DNA from: an uncultured Chloroflexia bacterium | Lineage (GTDB): Bacteria; Chloroflexota; Limnocylindria; QHBO01 | Assembly (NCBI GenBank): GCA_963767985.1 | Contig: CAVYGE010000005.1 | Location: forward strand, 188,453-252,452 | Direction: 5' to 3' | Length of the DNA: 64,000 nucleotides | Part shown: one piece after another, positions 63,716 through 64,000 of the stretch | Layout: the number at the start of each line of letters is the position of its first letter | Position numbering within the stretch: the stretch's first letter is position 1 | Position numbers and translations under genes: made by a program | The notes under the pieces: model-generated | What the model saw: only the letters and a program-made list of their open reading frames with translations | Told to the model about the DNA's origin: nothing | Database searches by the model: none

Positions 63716-64000
63716 TTGGACGACCTCGAGCGCGATCGACGCGACTCGCCGGACGCAGAGGACACGTCGAGCGCATCGGCTGAGCCTGCCGCGGGCGACG
63801 CCGCCGCCGACGCCACCGCGGCCGAGCCCCCACCGGGCGCCGAGCCCGATCCGGCCGACATCGAGAGCTGGCCCAGCCAGCCGGCACCAGCCGAATCGTC
63901 GTGGCCGACGGAGCCGCCGAGCGCAGGAGCGCCGAGTTCGGGAACCTGGCCGACGGAGTCACCCGAGCGCGGCGACGCGCCGATCCTCGAGCCCGACTGG
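63716..64000 (+). CDS. Start of a protein with acidic, Pro-rich disordered N-terminus (truncated by window end)
   Basis: AGGAGG RBS then TTG; MDDLERDRRDSPDAED...ESWPSQP..SSWPTEP..GTWPTESP; open to the window end. Confidence 0.5.
   Translation, partial: MDDLERDRRDSPDAEDTSSASAEPAAGDAAADATAAEPPPGAEPDPADIESWPSQPAPAESSWPTEPPSAGAPSSGTWPTESPERGDAPILEPDW

Overview
High-GC bacterial chromosomal window of about 70 genes, mostly housekeeping. Gene content (GuaB3, RibXY-type ABC, DUF4397, GAAC-N4-GTTC LexA boxes) suggests Chloroflexota, possibly Limnocylindria-like; this is inference. About 25-30 single-base frameshifts break genes, including guaA and folD, so they most likely reflect uncorrected long-read indels. 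In order: LacI plus sugar-binding lipoprotein; FAH-tdh-kbl; an ECF sigma/DUF5667 pair; a repeat-rich xPDTA surface protein; argS; ftcD; a coupled rsmI / Rmt(FmrO)-type 16S m7G1405 methyltransferase / divergent tgt cluster; hutH-hutU with an ECF/anti-sigma pair between them; an FMN riboswitch with a RibXY-like ABC transporter; folD and cyclodeaminase; a lexA-alkZ-like-dinB-DUF6504 SOS cassette with three LexA boxes; rplI; a 222-bp tandem repeat and DnaA-like boxes before dnaB; a CWB2-VanY carboxypeptidase; purA; photolyase; DUF4397 with a CarH-like operator; guaB3; a split ClpC2-like HTH + Clp-N pair; guaA; UPF0182; purD/E/B/C/S/Q. No tRNA, rRNA, CRISPR array or transposase was seen. Best candidates for undescribed biology: the rsmI-rmt-tgt cluster, the SOS cassette, the split ClpC2-like module, the xPDTA anchoring signal and the CarH-like operator.
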